From Camelus ferus (taxonomy: Eukaryota): 64,000 nt of DNA. The position numbers and the translations under genes are program-made. The stretch lies in assembly GCF_009834535.1 (NCBI RefSeq), contig NC_045697.1, positions 91,638,001 through 91,702,000 of the forward strand. Direction: 5' to 3'. This document shows, piece after piece, positions 62,307-64,000 of this stretch (the first letter of the stretch is position 1; each line of letters starts with the position of its first letter). The notes under the pieces are model-generated. The model saw nothing but the letters and a program-made list of their open reading frames with translations, searched no databases and was not told the origin of the DNA.

Positions 62307-64000
62307 ATCTGTCTCATTTTCCTGGGGTTTTGAGGAACATCCTGTTGTGGCTGTTGTCATGGAGGGGAAAGCTGTTCTCTGGTGTTTTTCTCTGGAGTTC
62401 TATTTCTGCCAGTCTCTGGCTCAGTGGTGGCTATTTCTAGCCAGCATCTTGCATGTGCTTTCCTTTTTATATAAAGGATATTTTACTTTTCATATAAGGG
62501 TATAGTCATCAGATGTGACAAGTGCTGGATGTGATTTTTTCCACTTATCAAATTTTCTACCATATTATCAAATTTATTTTTCATATTTTATGTATGAAAA
62601 TCAACTTTAACCCTATAATTATACTTATAACTTGATTTTGTATTTATTCATCCTCATGTTCACTGATGCACAGGGTATTATGTTTGAGATCATATGTTCT
62701 AAACTACCACTTTTTACCACCGTGGTAAGGTTATTTATTTGCATCACGTCACATGACAGCTTATTGAAAGAGTGTCAATTAGAACATAGACAACTTTAAA
62801 TCACATGTGATTACAAATTGTTAGAATGCCTTTTCTGAACTTAAGAGACAGTTTCAAAATTAGCTTATTCTAATATTCCAGACCAGTCTTGGGCAAATGG
62901 TAAGTTCTCACTCCATATTTGTAGATAAAGTGAACAATATATGTTGAGTAACAGTGATTTAAATCACACTTTCTGTGCACTTGTTTTATTTAATATTCTA
63001 AATCATTCTTTACCCATTTATTTTTTCTGCATAAATGAATAAACTCACTACCTGCATAAATCTATAAATTTTACCTTTCTGCATGGAGGCAGAAGTGTCA
63101 ACCACAGTCTTTTCTTAATACAAATAAATTATTTCTCACAAATGTCCATTTTATCTGCGCTGGCCCATTTGGCAAGACATATTCACTTATAAGTAAAGAA
63201 ATGGCCTTCTCTGAGTTGGGAGATAACAATTGGAGGTGTCTATTTGCAAATAGAAAGATTAAAACTAACTGAAATGACAGCTAGTTCTTTGTTATTTAAT
63301 ATATTGTCTAGGTTCATATGAATCATTTTATATGGATTTCAAATAAAGATAATAAGAAAACCAGTTTTTAATCAGAAGTTTATATATTTGGTTTAAAAAA
63401 ATTTATTAAGGCATTTTTTTTCCTGTTAAGAAATTATAGTCTAACACTAAGATGGCAAAGTCACCAGTAGGAGAACAGGGACGTCTATGATTTAGACAGA
63501 CCTCTTGACAATTAGATGTAGCAAAAAATGGAAACGTTTATTTTACTCGTCTATTTGTTTATGTGTCCTATATATCCATTGGAGATACAGCATTTATTAT
63601 TTAAATAAAATCTAGCTGAACTGATACAAGTGAGGGGGTGGAATCATTTGTCTTTGTGTTAGTGTCTTTATGACAATATTATACATTCGGTAACAGAGAT
63701 AATTAAAGGTGTGTTGATTTCAATAATATTTTAATGGAATGTAATCAATCTTTTCAACTTTATATCATTCCTGATTCTTAAAGTTTTGGTCTTAAGTACC
63801 AAGATTGTTCATTAAATTACCAACTTTTATTCCTTTTTGCTTTAAAATTTTGAAAGTGCCATAATTAACTTCTCTCTCAAAACTGCGTTTATTGTATCTC
63901 TAACCTCTTCTTTACAACATCCTCAGCATCATCAATTTCAAAACTGGAGATGCACCATCTTGTGTTTAATTTGCTATTACTCAGTTGGTTATGAATACTA

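Noticed and set aside
63239..63254. Perfect 16-bp palindrome TCTATTTGCAAATAGA
   Set aside because: About one such palindrome is expected by chance in 64 kb (64000/4^8), more with AT bias.
1..64000. CRISPR array, prokaryotic operon, NUMT, or intact retroviral/transposase gene
   Set aside because: No regularly spaced repeats, no long ORF (maximum 142 aa) and no mitochondrial-like sequence; the content is mammalian interspersed repeats and unique non-coding DNA.

Overview
AT-rich, CpG-poor mammalian genomic DNA. The host is most likely a camelid: three tRNA-Ala-derived SINEs resemble the camelid vic-1 family, and the young L1 3' ends are cetartiodactyl-type. By eye, roughly half the window is transposable-element debris: L1 of several ages, L2, MIR, MaLR LTRs, a MER21-like LTR, a younger ERV1-like solo LTR, an ERV-L pol remnant and hAT DNA transposons. 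I found no confidently supported host protein-coding exon, RNA gene or CpG-island promoter; the recognisable ORFs are decayed L1 ORF1/ORF2 or ERV-L pol. The repeat-free stretches (about 20-23, 28-30, 33-36, 44-49 and 58-64 kb) include several blocks with retained CpGs and clustered developmental TF motifs, which suggests a large intron or gene desert carrying enhancers. The most unusual observations are two separate old short direct duplications in apparently unique DNA, an L1 that keeps both termini and its TSD but has lost most of ORF2, a TSD-flanked A-rich-only insertion, and a splice-site-bounded 144-nt open candidate exon. I see no convincing evidence of a novel biological system. All family assignments are from recalled consensus sequences, not from a search.
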